DNA from: Coleofasciculus sp. B1-GNL1-01
Lineage (GTDB): Bacteria; Cyanobacteriota; Cyanobacteriia; Cyanobacteriales; Coleofasciculaceae
DNA length: 54,735 nt
Assembly (NCBI GenBank): GCA_040220235.1
Contig: JAVJTO010000069.1
Reading direction: 5' to 3' (one strand)
In this document: piece after piece, positions 39,450 through 49,613 of the stretch
Numbering within the stretch: position 1 is the first letter of the stretch
How the letters are laid out: every line of letters begins with the position of its first letter
Made by a program: the position numbers and the translations under genes
Notes under the pieces: model-generated
Seen by the model: the letters and a program-made list of their open reading frames with translations, nothing else
Databases searched by the model: none
What the model was told of the DNA's origin: nothing

Positions 39450-40745
39450 CTATCGCGTAAAATCATCAGGTATAATCGCACCTCGGAGATCTGTACTCTT
39501 AAGCTTAGTTCCTGTCAGCGTTGCCGCCGTTAAGTCAGCGTTTTTTAGATAAGCGCCCTTAAGATCCGCATCAATCAAATTCGCCTCTCTCAAATTGGCA
39601 TTCTCTAAATTAGCACTTTGCAAATTTGCCCCTTGGAGGTTAGCTTCACTCAAATTAGCCTCTCTTAAGTCAACGGTTCTTAGATTCATTTCCCTCAAAT
39701 CAGCGCCACTCAAATCACATCCAGCACATTCACCCGTTTGCTGCAATTGCTGGATTTCAGCTTGAGGATTTCCTAACTGCACAGGATTGGTGATTCGAGA
39801 CGCGATCGCGAAACCTGTACCCATCACCGCCAATATCCCAACTTTCAACACCAACATCGGCGTAATCCCAGACTGGAGTCGCTGAAACTGATCCGAGGTT
39901 GGCGAATTTCCCACCCCATCAATCGCTAACAATTCCGCCAGCGCCGTCGCTGCATTGGGGAAGCGATCGCGCAATTTAGGTGCGACCATTTTATCCAGCC
40001 AGGTGATAAACTGAGGATTCAAACCCGATACCAGGGATTTATAGTTAATTCGACAATCTTCATCCATTAAATTGCCAATATCAGCCGATTTAGTCTGAGT
40101 CAGTAAACAAATCAACGTTACCCCTAAACCATATAAATCAGACGCTTCCGTGAGTTGACGATTAAACATCTGTTCCGGTGGCATAAATCCTAATGTCCCC
40201 TTCACCACACTACTCGCCGCCAAATCATCCCCAAACGCACGCGCTAAACCAAAATCCACTAAATACACTTTAATCTGGGGGGAACGTTCAACTAAAATAT
40301 TTTCCGGCTTAATATCTCGATGGATAATCGGCGGAACTTGCTGTTGTAAGTAAACCAACACCTCCAAGAGTGCGATCGCAATTTGTTTAACCTCCTCTGG
40401 GGTAAACGATTGGGGAATGGCTAAAGAGGGGGCTTGTTTGTATTCCTGAATTAAGCAAAAGCCATCCGGCGTTTCAAATGCATCCAAGTATTTAGGAATA
40501 CTAGGAGAATCCAGTTGTTGCAGCAGTGTAATTTCCCGTTCATGGGCGTCAAAATCTGACCAATTTGCACCCGTTTTGGCAAATTGAAATTGTTTAATCA
40601 CCACAGGTTTTTCGGTGGACTGATGAGTAGCTAAATACGTTACCCGTCCACTACTGCGGTTGTGTCCCAGTTCCCGCTGAATCTGATAGCCTTGCTGGGA
40701 AAATTCTGGGTAGTTATTATTTGAGTTTTGAATACTAGAATTCAT
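39450..40745 (-). CDS. Ser/Thr protein kinase with a TM segment and pentapeptide repeats
   Basis: VVIK, HRDIKPEN, DFG and GTLGFMPPEQ motifs; C-terminal ANL repeats. Confidence 0.93.
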   Translation of the reverse strand: MNSSIQNSNNNYPEFSQQGYQIQRELGHNRSSGRVTYLATHQSTEKPVVIKQFQFAKTGANWSDFDAHEREITLLQQLDSPSIPKYLDAFETPDGFCLIQEYKQAPSLAIPQSFTPEEVKQIAIALLEVLVYLQQQVPPIIHRDIKPENILVERSPQIKVYLVDFGLARAFGDDLAASSVVKGTLGFMPPEQMFNRQLTEASDLYGLGVTLICLLTQTKSADIGNLMDEDCRINYKSLVSGLNPQFITWLDKMVAPKLRDRFPNAATALAELLAIDGVGNSPTSDQFQRLQSGITPMLVLKVGILAVMGTGFAIASRITNPVQLGNPQAEIQQLQQTGECAGCDLSGADLREMNLRTVDLREANLSEANLQGANLQSANLENANLREANLIDADLKGAYLKNADLTAATLTGTKLKSTDLRGAIIPDDFTR

Positions 40746-40982
40746 GGCACTATCAAGAATGTTGTTTTTATGTTTTGATATAAGTTAGAGCAATTTAAAT
40801 ATTGACGGGCAACCTATCACCGTTAATGCTGATGTAGGGGCGACCCGCTTGTCTAACTAAACAACTGTATCCACTCAATTTAATTGAGTCGCCCTTTACT
40901 TGATCTGGCTTTTCCGCGAGTCAAACAAATGACAAATGACAAATGACGCTCCCCACCATTAACTTTAATTTTGCCCACCGAC

Positions 40983-42635
40983 TTATAAAGATTTCGCCCG
41001 CTTCACTAACCGAATAAACTCGGCTCGGTATCCATCTAAATCGGCTCCCTGAGATTGACTAGCTAACTGTAAAACATGATCAAGATTACCATTCCCTTTG
41101 TACTGAGACTCTCTCAATACCATACCAAATTCAGCAACGGATGCCGAAAATTTAAAGTTATTCGAGGCTTGGGCTAAGGTTAATCCTTTATCCACAACAG
41201 GTGTGGTAATCAGTTGAGAAGTATCCTGATCCGGCTGCTTATACCGTAACTTCACCTGCATTAACTCATTCGGCGAAAACGTCATCGATTCATCAGTTTT
41301 CTGTTGAGAGTCTACGAGATCAACCTCGGATAACGAGACATCACTCTTCACACCCACGGGAATAATTTCATAGAGGGCGGTAACAGAATGACCCGCACCT
41401 AACTCGCCCGCGTCTTTTTTATCATCCTCAAACGCTTCATTTTGCAGTCGCCGATTTTCATAACCAATCAGCCGATACCCTTGCACTTTGTCCGGGTTAA
41501 ATCCCACTTGAATTTTCACATCTTTGGCGATGGTGAGTAGGGTTCCACCGATTTCATTAACCAAGACTTTATTCGCTTCTAGGATATTGTCTATATAAGC
41601 ATAATTGCCATTGCCTTTATTGGCGATTTTTTCCATCTTGGCATCTTGCAGATTGCCTGTACCAAATCCCAACACCGTGAGGAAAACGCCTTGCTCTCGT
41701 TTCTCTTCAATCAGGCTAACCAATTGCTCATCGCTAGAGATACCGACATTGAAATCTCCATCAGTGGCGAGAATGACGCGGTTATTCCCCGATTCGATAA
41801 AATTCTCTTGAGCTAATTTATATGCCGACTGAATTCCCTCACCTCCAGCCGTTGAACCCCCGGCTTCGAGTTTATCAATCGCGGCTAATATCGTATCTTT
41901 CTGATTCCCTGGTGTTGGTGGTAGCACTGTCCCCGCCGCCCCTGCATAGACAACAATACTAACCTTATCTTCGTCTCGCAATTGGTCAACGAGTAATCGG
42001 AATGCTTCTTTGAGTAAGGGGAGTTTATTAGCGTCCGCCATGGAACCGGAAACATCTAATAAAAAGACCAGATTACTGGGAGGTAAATCTTCGGTCGAAA
42101 CGCTTTTCCCTTGCAAGCCAATGTGAACTAATTTATGTTTCGGATTCCAAGGCGCTTCAGCAACTTCTGTGGTGATCGAGAAGGGCTGATCGGCTTCCGG
42201 TTGCGGATAATCGTAAGTAAAATAATTAATTAATTCTTCAAGCCGCACCGCATCAGGTGGTGGAAGCCGATTCTCATTGATAAAGCGCCGCACGTTACTA
42301 TAAGAGGCGGCATCAACATCAATGGAGAAGGTAGAGAGGGGATTGCTGCTAGCGTTTAAAAAAGGATTTTCCTGGATGGTGCTGTAGGTTTCGCGGTTAG
42401 ATTCTTCGGGAACTTGACGTAGACGCTGTAGCTGATCTGAATTTGGTGATGGCTGGGCTTTTTGTGCTGATTGAGGAGCTTGGGGGGAAGCTGTCTCTGG
42501 CGAGAGTAGAATTTCAGCCTGTTCGCTAGGAGACTCAGACGTATAGTTTCCTCCATCTCCCCCTTCGCAAGCAACAGTAAGCGCTCCCAATACCGCTAGT
42601 CCTAACGTTGCGATCGCTCTATGTCTGGTTTTCAT
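40983..42635 (-). CDS. vWA-domain lipoprotein (YfbK/DUF3520-like)
   Basis: Lipobox LTVAC, STFSIDVDAASY, DVSGSM (MIDAS), TDGDFNVG, YRLIGYENR. Confidence 0.9.
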   Translation of the reverse strand: MKTRHRAIATLGLAVLGALTVACEGGDGGNYTSESPSEQAEILLSPETASPQAPQSAQKAQPSPNSDQLQRLRQVPEESNRETYSTIQENPFLNASSNPLSTFSIDVDAASYSNVRRFINENRLPPPDAVRLEELINYFTYDYPQPEADQPFSITTEVAEAPWNPKHKLVHIGLQGKSVSTEDLPPSNLVFLLDVSGSMADANKLPLLKEAFRLLVDQLRDEDKVSIVVYAGAAGTVLPPTPGNQKDTILAAIDKLEAGGSTAGGEGIQSAYKLAQENFIESGNNRVILATDGDFNVGISSDEQLVSLIEEKREQGVFLTVLGFGTGNLQDAKMEKIANKGNGNYAYIDNILEANKVLVNEIGGTLLTIAKDVKIQVGFNPDKVQGYRLIGYENRRLQNEAFEDDKKDAGELGAGHSVTALYEIIPVGVKSDVSLSEVDLVDSQQKTDESMTFSPNELMQVKLRYKQPDQDTSQLITTPVVDKGLTLAQASNNFKFSASVAEFGMVLRESQYKGNGNLDHVLQLASQSQGADLDGYRAEFIRLVKRAKSL

Positions 42636-42971
42636 GATTCCCCCTTCAGACTGATCCCCAGTCTGTTCTATAACAAAGTTTAACAACTAACCATTTGCGG
42701 TTGTAACATCTCCGTTTTACTATTAAGGCTAGGAATTATACCCCGTGGTTGCTAAAACTGTAACATAAGTGATTAGCCCAGAAGCTTCCGGGGTTCCAAA
42801 CGGGTTACACGCTTCAATGATATAGCGTATACACTTATCTCTCACAGCTTCGGGACTTATGCAATTTGGGGTTAGCGTTGGAAACAGAGCCAGATAGGGC
42901 TTTTGTTACACTGATGCTATCCTACAAATGTAGCGCAGTAGTTATTTAGTATTTTTATCGAGTTTTTGATT

Positions 42972-43538
42972 ATGAAAGCAAAACGTACTATTCATTGGAG
43001 CAAGTTAGCTGAAATCCAAGAATTAAAAGAGTTTTTTGCAGACGATTTTCAGGCATTCAAAAATCTCATCGAAAAGCATATTGAAGAATTTGAAAATTTT
43101 TCTGATGAAGCGCTAGATAAATTTGCAAAACTGCGAGTTTTAGAAGTGACTAATGGTTGTACTCAATGGGCATTTCGTCGCGGCGATAAAGAAGCTTTAT
43201 CGGTAGAACAGACCCGTGAATGTATGAATCTACTGATGGGTTTTATCAAACGAACAGAATTATATTTCCCCAGTGAAGGGCAACTTGAATTTGACGACGA
43301 ACAGAAAGCATTTATTCAAGCAGCACGATCGCTCTACAAAAGCGCATTTAAAGAAAATAATAAGGAATCAGAACGAAAATATTATGCAACATCCACAGCC
43401 CAGTTTATTGTCTATGGTCATGAACGGATGCAGCAAGCCATGGCATTAGTCAAGCAAGATTATGAAACTCTTTTTTCACCTTATTACATTGAACGAGGAC
43501 AAAAATATATTGCCCCCTATTTAGAAGGATTTGAATAG
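42972..43538 (+). CDS. Hypothetical protein
   Basis: 188 aa ORF with no motif recognised. Confidence 0.75.
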   Translation: MKAKRTIHWSKLAEIQELKEFFADDFQAFKNLIEKHIEEFENFSDEALDKFAKLRVLEVTNGCTQWAFRRGDKEALSVEQTRECMNLLMGFIKRTELYFPSEGQLEFDDEQKAFIQAARSLYKSAFKENNKESERKYYATSTAQFIVYGHERMQQAMALVKQDYETLFSPYYIERGQKYIAPYLEGFE

Positions 43539-43567
43539 TCTGTTTGGCGAGATCAGGAAATGAAAAC

Positions 43568-44265
43568 TCAAGTGTGCCAATCGACAAACAAAGCATAGAG
43601 ATAGGCGATCGCTTCCCCAATCATGGTTCGTACTCCTTCGCTAGATTGCCACCATTGTTGCGGATCATACTCTTGAGGTTCAGCCGCAATCACACCAACT
43701 CGGATTTTTGGTTCTAATACAGCTTTAAATATAATCCAGCTTCGACGGGCATGAGGTCCCAGCGAATAGAGATTAATTGATTTTACGTCTAATTCGGATG
43801 TTGATAACCATTCCCGTAAGGCGATGGCGCTAGCTTGAGTCCGATGTTTAATCACATTGGGGGCGGGAACAGCCACTAATTGTTCTGGATTAAACCCCAA
43901 GGTGATAAATGTGGCGGCGGTGAGTTCGGCAAAATTATTGTATTCGGCTAAATAATAACCCTTGGAGACAGGTAAACCCGTGGTAATTAGGTAATTATAA
44001 GACCCGCGTTGGAAACGTGCGATCGCGTCTTTAATCGCATAATCGGGTATCCAGCCTTCCACCACCATGACATCAGCAGCAACCGGAGAGTTAACTGCTA
44101 GGAATGGATAGATTGTGCTGAGGGTGAATAGCATGAGAGAAAAAATACAAATCAGTGTCACTATCCATCCCTGAATAGTCAGAGTCCACTGGGTTTTGCG
44201 ATGGATTAAACGAATTTTGATTTTAGCCGTTAACCTTCTGAACTGCTGTAATTTTTTTTTACCAT
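43568..44265 (-). CDS. YdcF/DUF218-family protein; N-terminus frameshifted in an A9 tract
   Basis: VVEGWIPDY, ITTG and HARRS motifs. The frame is open to 44266 with no in-frame ATG there; ATG 44265 is out of frame. Confidence 0.75.
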
Positions 44266-44601
44266 GTTAGATTTAACCTCTATAATCAATACTCTGAATA
44301 GCTAAGTTGATTTGAATGCCACTGACTTAAGGTTGGTGGGTTGAGCGAAGTCGAAACCCACCCTATGGTATATCCAAGGTTTCGGTGATTCCCTAATGCT
44401 TATGTCAGTACCATTCGAGTTAATTTATTCAGGTTTTTCTGGAGAATAGACTGTCCAAACTCCGTATCTGATACTTTCCTTAGTTGCTAAATTCCCAAAT
44501 ATTTTATCCCAGTACTGTTCTTGTACATTCATAATTTGTGTTCTTGCAATAGAGTTACTTATTACCAACAATATCCCTTACAGCCGTAACCATTCCCCAA
44601 T

Positions 44602-45006
44602 TCACCCTCCCTTAAGTTGGGCTATTATATCGGCGGGATTCCAGTAAGCACGAGTGCTTTGAATTTTACCCGCTTCATTCACCTCAAAAACGGTTATTCC
44701 TTCAAACGTTATAGTTTTGTCAGTCTTACTGAGTCCCTGCATTGTCCATTTAACGGCAGCTTCATTCCCCGCTACAAAAATATGCTCTATTGTCGATTCC
44801 AGTTGTTTAAACATTCCCTGTAGCTGGGCAAAAAATTCCTGAAATCCTTCATGAACTTTTGTGGGAGGTTGTCCTACCGGATCATAACTGACGGCATCTT
44901 CGGCAAACTGATCTAGCCAACCGTCGGGATTCATCGCTGCCACTTTGGTAAAATAGGTTCTGACCAGTGTTTCAATCGGTTTTGTTGACATTGTTTTATT
45001 CTCCAT
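44602..45006 (-). CDS. SnoaL/NTF2-like (ketosteroid-isomerase fold) protein
   Basis: FAEDAVSYDPVG...FEGITVFEVNEAGKI..RAYW. Confidence 0.88.
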   Translation of the reverse strand: MENKTMSTKPIETLVRTYFTKVAAMNPDGWLDQFAEDAVSYDPVGQPPTKVHEGFQEFFAQLQGMFKQLESTIEHIFVAGNEAAVKWTMQGLSKTDKTITFEGITVFEVNEAGKIQSTRAYWNPADIIAQLKGG

Positions 45007-45171
45007 GGCTGAATACGTCTAGAGTGAAATTGGTATGATTGAACTGTTGAGACTCAGGGATAATTGATCAAGTCAATTTTAATACACAATTATAGTTTTT
45101 ATTGGTGGGTTACGGCGGATATCTCAATTAAGAGGTTATTTACCCAAATTAAACTTCCGCCTAACCCACCC

Positions 45172-45305
45172 TACTGGACTGACCCAGCTAAAATAGGACT
45201 TTGTTTGTAGTGAGAACTTTAGTTCTATAACGCCTAGCTGGAGAGGGCTAAAGCCCTCACTACGTACCCAATCTATTGCACCATTTTAGCTGAGTCAATC
45301 CACTA
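45172..45305. mobile_element. MITE with ~21-bp TIRs and a TA duplication, inserted into a REP end
   Basis: TA-CTGGACTGACCCAGCTAAAAT ... ATTTTAGCTGAGTCAATCCAC-TA. Removing it restores CCCACCCTAC. Confidence 0.8.
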
Positions 45306-45364
45306 CAGATAATTAATATTGTCTTGGAGATATTCACTCCCTAATTTTAATTGAGTTAACTCAA

Positions 45365-45730
45365 CTATTCAGTTTCCACGAAAACGGTAACGGCGGCAAC
45401 AGCAATTAGCATTTCGTCATTTTTATCATTGAGTTCAGCAATAGCTCGACCTTGAACCACCATTCCCCCGGATTGTACGGTGAGTGATTTTTTCCCAAAG
45501 GGTAACACAGCGAGAACCTCTTCCTGTCGGACTTGTTCCGGGTAAGCTACGGCGATTTGCACCTCTACAATCATTTGATTGGGATCGCTCAAACCTGCAA
45601 CCTCCCAGACACCGGGTAAGGCGTTGTGCGCGATCGCGTTCCGCACAGCCCTAGATGCAGCTACAGTGGGTTCCTGTCCATGTTGGTCTACCCCCATACC
45701 CATTTCAATAATTAAGCGTTTGCGAGTCAT
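45365..45730 (-). CDS. Lin0512-family protein
   Basis: IIEMGMGVDQHGQEPTVAASRAVRNAI. Confidence 0.85.
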   Translation of the reverse strand: MTRKRLIIEMGMGVDQHGQEPTVAASRAVRNAIAHNALPGVWEVAGLSDPNQMIVEVQIAVAYPEQVRQEEVLAVLPFGKKSLTVQSGGMVVQGRAIAELNDKNDEMLIAVAAVTVFVETE

Positions 45731-45748
45731 AGTGCTTTCTTGATTACC

Positions 45749-47140
45749 TCAACGTTGAACCGCAATCGGATCTAACTTTAACAGTTGGCGCGTTTCATCG
45801 GCGGCTTCCTGCATCAACCGGGTTATCTCGTTATTATCAACTCGTTGAGCAAGGGCGGTTCTGGTAATTAATTTACTCAGATATTTCTGTAAGATAAAAG
45901 AGGCTTGATCATACTGAGGAAGGGGAGGGCGCAATATTGAATTTTTGACTGCCTCTTTCAAGGACGGTAAATAGGGATATTTAGCTGTAATTTCGGGGTC
46001 ATCAAATAACGCTTCTCGACTGGGTAAATATCCTTTTTCTAAAATTAACTTTTTCTGAGCCGCTTGACTGGTAAAATATTGAATCGCTTTCCAGGCTTTA
46101 TCTTGATGCTTTGAATTCTTCGCTATACCTAAGCCCCAACTCCCATTACAGGCACTTGGACGTAAACTATTATTAGTTGGATTGCTTGAAAGATTCAAGA
46201 CTTGTACGCCGATATTAGCGGGATCAGTAAATTGGTTCCATACATAGGGCCACTGCCGTAGGAATATCGTATTCTGATCTTGGTTAAACGTTTCCAATGA
46301 TTCCTGTTCGCTGTATAAGATAACTTCTGGCGACGAAATATTATCTCGAATTGTATTGAGTAAAAACTGGACAGCTTGTTCAGCCGCAGGTTGATCCAAT
46401 CCCACCTCTAAACTTTCCGGCTTAATCCAGAATCCGTCATAGCTTTCTAATACCTCGACGAAGGTAGCCACCAATCCTTCATACCGCCATCCCTGCCATA
46501 AATAAACGCCTTGAGAGTTCCCTTGGTTTTGCCAATTTTGGGCAAGGGTTTTCAATTGCTGTAAGGTGGCAGGTGGCTGAGTATTACCCAGTAAGTTTTT
46601 GCGGTAGTATAAGAGACCAATATCTGAACGCAAAGGCATCCGATAGAGGTTACCATTATATTCTCCTGCATCAATCGCACTTGGTAAAAATCCTTCGTTT
46701 ATGAGGGTATCTTTAGCCGTCCATTCATATAGATTCACCAGACATCCCTTGGCAGCAAACTCCGGCATCCAGATAATATCTGTATAGACCAAATCATAAA
46801 GTGAATTTCCTGCTTGACACTCTCTAACAAAATCTTCCTTCAGCCGATAGGTTACGTCACCTGCTAGGTTAGTTCTCGTTCTCAAATTAATCCGAATTTT
46901 GGGATGGCTCTGGTGAAAGTCGGTGATTAACGACTGCCAAGCCGAGGCTTCATCAGCCGGAACAAATAAGGTTAAATGGGTGGGGGGCCAGGTTAAATAG
47001 ATGAGTAATAATAGTAAAACTTGGATAACGGCAACGAATATCCAGATGGAACGGGAATTAAGTCGTCGGCTAAATTGCCCCAGTCTTTTCACAAGCTGCT
47101 TAGTTTTCATAACCTGTCCTTGAACAAGGTGACGGGTCAA
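45749..47140 (-). CDS. Sugar ABC transporter substrate-binding protein (orphan)
   Basis: DIIWMPEFAAKG, LLYYRK, YEGLV and RPPLPQY motifs; N-terminal TM anchor. Start uncertain. Confidence 0.85.
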   Translation of the reverse strand: MTRHLVQGQVMKTKQLVKRLGQFSRRLNSRSIWIFVAVIQVLLLLLIYLTWPPTHLTLFVPADEASAWQSLITDFHQSHPKIRINLRTRTNLAGDVTYRLKEDFVRECQAGNSLYDLVYTDIIWMPEFAAKGCLVNLYEWTAKDTLINEGFLPSAIDAGEYNGNLYRMPLRSDIGLLYYRKNLLGNTQPPATLQQLKTLAQNWQNQGNSQGVYLWQGWRYEGLVATFVEVLESYDGFWIKPESLEVGLDQPAAEQAVQFLLNTIRDNISSPEVILYSEQESLETFNQDQNTIFLRQWPYVWNQFTDPANIGVQVLNLSSNPTNNSLRPSACNGSWGLGIAKNSKHQDKAWKAIQYFTSQAAQKKLILEKGYLPSREALFDDPEITAKYPYLPSLKEAVKNSILRPPLPQYDQASFILQKYLSKLITRTALAQRVDNNEITRLMQEAADETRQLLKLDPIAVQR

Positions 47141-47820
47141 ACTTTTTCATAAGACAAGGGATCTTGTAGTCCGAGTTCAGCAAAAGCAGCAAGCCGCAAG
47201 CGACAAGAATCACAGACACCACAAGCCACCTCATCCCCAGCATAGCAAGACCAGGTGTCTTGCCAAGGCACTCCCAGTTTATTGCCTAACTCGATAATTT
47301 CTGTTTTTTTTAGCTGAATTAGCGGGGTGATAATTTGAATCGGTTCTCCCTCGCGCCCCTGTTTTGTGCCTAGGCGAAAGACTTCTTGCATGGCTTGGAT
47401 ATAATCAGGACGGCAATCAGGGTAACCGGAATAATCTAACGCATTAACTCCCAGATAGAGGGCAGTAGCCCCGATCGCTTCTGCGTAGGATAGCCCAAAA
47501 CTGAGAAAAATGGTATTTCGTGCGGGGACGTAAGTAATGGGGATACTCTGGGACATCTGCTGGAGCGATCGCGTCTGGGGTAAATCAAGGGTATCATCGG
47601 TTAAGGCTGAACCCCCCCACTGGCTTAAGTCAAAGCGTACCACCTGATGGTCTTTGACACCTGCACCTTTAGCAATTGCGATCGCGGATTCGAGTTCCCG
47701 TTGATGTCGCTGTTGATAATTAAAGGATATAGCGTAACACTCGTAGCCCTCTGCCTTAGCTTGATAGAGAACTGTAGACGAATCCAATCCACCGGACAAT
47801 AAAACTACAGCTTTTGACAT
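47137..47820 (-). CDS. queC: 7-cyano-7-deazaguanine synthase
   Basis: SGGLDS, YVPARN, GYPDC, TWSCY and CGVCDSC motifs. Confidence 0.96.
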   Translation of the reverse strand: MSKAVVLLSGGLDSSTVLYQAKAEGYECYAISFNYQQRHQRELESAIAIAKGAGVKDHQVVRFDLSQWGGSALTDDTLDLPQTRSLQQMSQSIPITYVPARNTIFLSFGLSYAEAIGATALYLGVNALDYSGYPDCRPDYIQAMQEVFRLGTKQGREGEPIQIITPLIQLKKTEIIELGNKLGVPWQDTWSCYAGDEVACGVCDSCRLRLAAFAELGLQDPLSYEKV

Positions 47821-47830
47821 CTTTACCCCC

Positions 47831-47873
47831 GTCATTTGTCATTTGTCATTTGTCATTCGTCATTCGTCATTTG
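47831..47873. repeat. GTCATT(T/C) heptamer tandem x6
   Basis: Direct tandem copies, followed by a REP doublet. Confidence 0.9.
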
Positions 47874-48291
47874 TGATAATTGAACGGTTAGGTGGGGGCG
47901 GGTTTAGTTATATCAGGGTGCCAAGCAAACGTTAGCGGTAAAACCCGCCCCTACAATTCCCTTGTCTCCTCCCATCCCCTCCATCTTCCTCATCTCCCCC
48001 AGCTCCCAGACGTAGCATGCTACGTCTCTACATGGCTCCCCCAGCTCCCTCCGCTCTCCCAGCTCCCTCCGCTCCCCTGCCCAAACATGGACAACCCAGA
48101 AACTGACACATTTACCTACACCTAAAGTAACCCTAAACCCACAATGAAAACATAATGACCATCCAAAAGACTTCTTTTATCTGGTATCTGGCAAATTGAG
48201 GCAATCTTTGGAATTCTTCACATTTAAAGGTGCTGTGGTACTATCTGGATGGTTTAAGGCGGCTCAACATAAGTAAATTGACTTAGTTCCC

Positions 48292-49395
48292 GTGGTGGAG
48301 GAGCATATAAGAGTGCAAGATAGCATGTATCAAAGACATCTGGATACTCATGTCCAACGTAGCCTGCCGCAGCCAATCCGAATTGGCGTGATTGGCGTTG
48401 GTAACATGGGACAGCATCATGCCCGCGTTTTGAGTCTTTTGAAAGACGTGGAAATGGTAGGCGTAGCAGACATTAATGTAGAACGGGGTTTGGACACGGC
48501 GAGTAAATACCGTGTCCGCTTCTTTGAGGATTATCGCGATTTACTCCCTTATGTGGATGCGGTTTGTATTGCCGTACCCACCCGTCTGCATTATGAAGTG
48601 GGGCTGACCTGTTTGCGATCAGGGGTTCATGCCTTAATCGAAAAACCCATTGCCGCCAGTATCGCTGAGGCAGAATCCCTAGTCAACGCTGCTGCTGAGT
48701 ATCAATGTATTCTGCAAGTGGGTCACATTGAACGGTTTAATCCCGCCTTTCAAGAACTCAGCAAAGTCCTGAAGACGGAGAAATTGCTGGCGCTAGAGGC
48801 GCATCGCATGAGTCCCTATTCCCACAGAGCCAATGATGTTTCCGTGGTTCTGGATTTAATGATCCACGATATTGACCTGTTGATGGAATTAGCGGATGCG
48901 CCCGTGATCCAATTGACGGCGAGTGGTAGCCATGCCTCGGAGTCGGGGTATTTAGATTATGTCACCGCTAATTTAGTCTTTGCCAATGGCATTGTGGCAA
49001 CGCTTACTTCTAGTAAAGTGACCCATCGTAAAATTCGTAGCATTGCCGCCCATTGTAAAAATTCACTCACAGAAGCCGATTTTCTCAATAATGAAATTCT
49101 GATTCATCGGCAAACGACGGCTAATTGTGAAACCGACTATGGTCAGGTTCTTTATCGCCAAGATGGGTTAATTGAAAAGGTTTACACCAGTAATATCGAA
49201 CCGCTATACGCCGAGTTAGAACATTTTGTCAACTGTGTGCGTGGCGGAAATCAACCCTCTGTCGGCGGTGAACAGGCGCTGAAAGCCCTCCGTTTAGCCA
49301 GTTTGGTTGAGCAGATGGCTCTGGATGGTCAAGTTTGGCATCATTTAGACCGAGAGCCTCATGAATTCAAGTCTCCCATGATTGCTGTGTCTTAA
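48292..49395 (+). CDS. Gfo/Idh/MocA-family oxidoreductase
   Basis: IGVIGVGNMG, EKPIA, GHIERFNP and DLMIHDID motifs. Start uncertain. Confidence 0.93.
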   Translation: MVEEHIRVQDSMYQRHLDTHVQRSLPQPIRIGVIGVGNMGQHHARVLSLLKDVEMVGVADINVERGLDTASKYRVRFFEDYRDLLPYVDAVCIAVPTRLHYEVGLTCLRSGVHALIEKPIAASIAEAESLVNAAAEYQCILQVGHIERFNPAFQELSKVLKTEKLLALEAHRMSPYSHRANDVSVVLDLMIHDIDLLMELADAPVIQLTASGSHASESGYLDYVTANLVFANGIVATLTSSKVTHRKIRSIAAHCKNSLTEADFLNNEILIHRQTTANCETDYGQVLYRQDGLIEKVYTSNIEPLYAELEHFVNCVRGGNQPSVGGEQALKALRLASLVEQMALDGQVWHHLDREPHEFKSPMIAVS

Positions 49396-49469
49396 TTGAA
49401 ATGGTAGTGAATTGAGGCTGGTGGGTTTCGACTTCGCTCAACCGACTTCGCTCAACCCACCCTACGATA

Positions 49470-49576
49470 TATAGCACTACGCATTAAGGTTAGGACAATA
49501 CAATTGGGTGAAAAGGCAACAGGCAACAGGCAATAGGCAACAGGCGAATGTCCTAACGTATCCCCGTAGGGCTATA
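49470..49576. mobile_element. MITE with TATAGC...GCTATA ends nested in the 90-bp repeat
   Basis: TATAGCACTACG..GTTAGGACA / TGTCCTAAC..CGTAGGGCTATA ends and an internal (AGGCAAC)n heptamer. Confidence 0.75.
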
Positions 49577-49613
49577 ACAGGGTTTCGGCGATTTCAAATG
49601 GCTTATTTTAGTG

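Noticed and set aside
47137..47820. queC as part of a Dpd/QatABCD defence system
   Set aside because: Canonical housekeeping QueC sequence with no dpd or qat neighbours.
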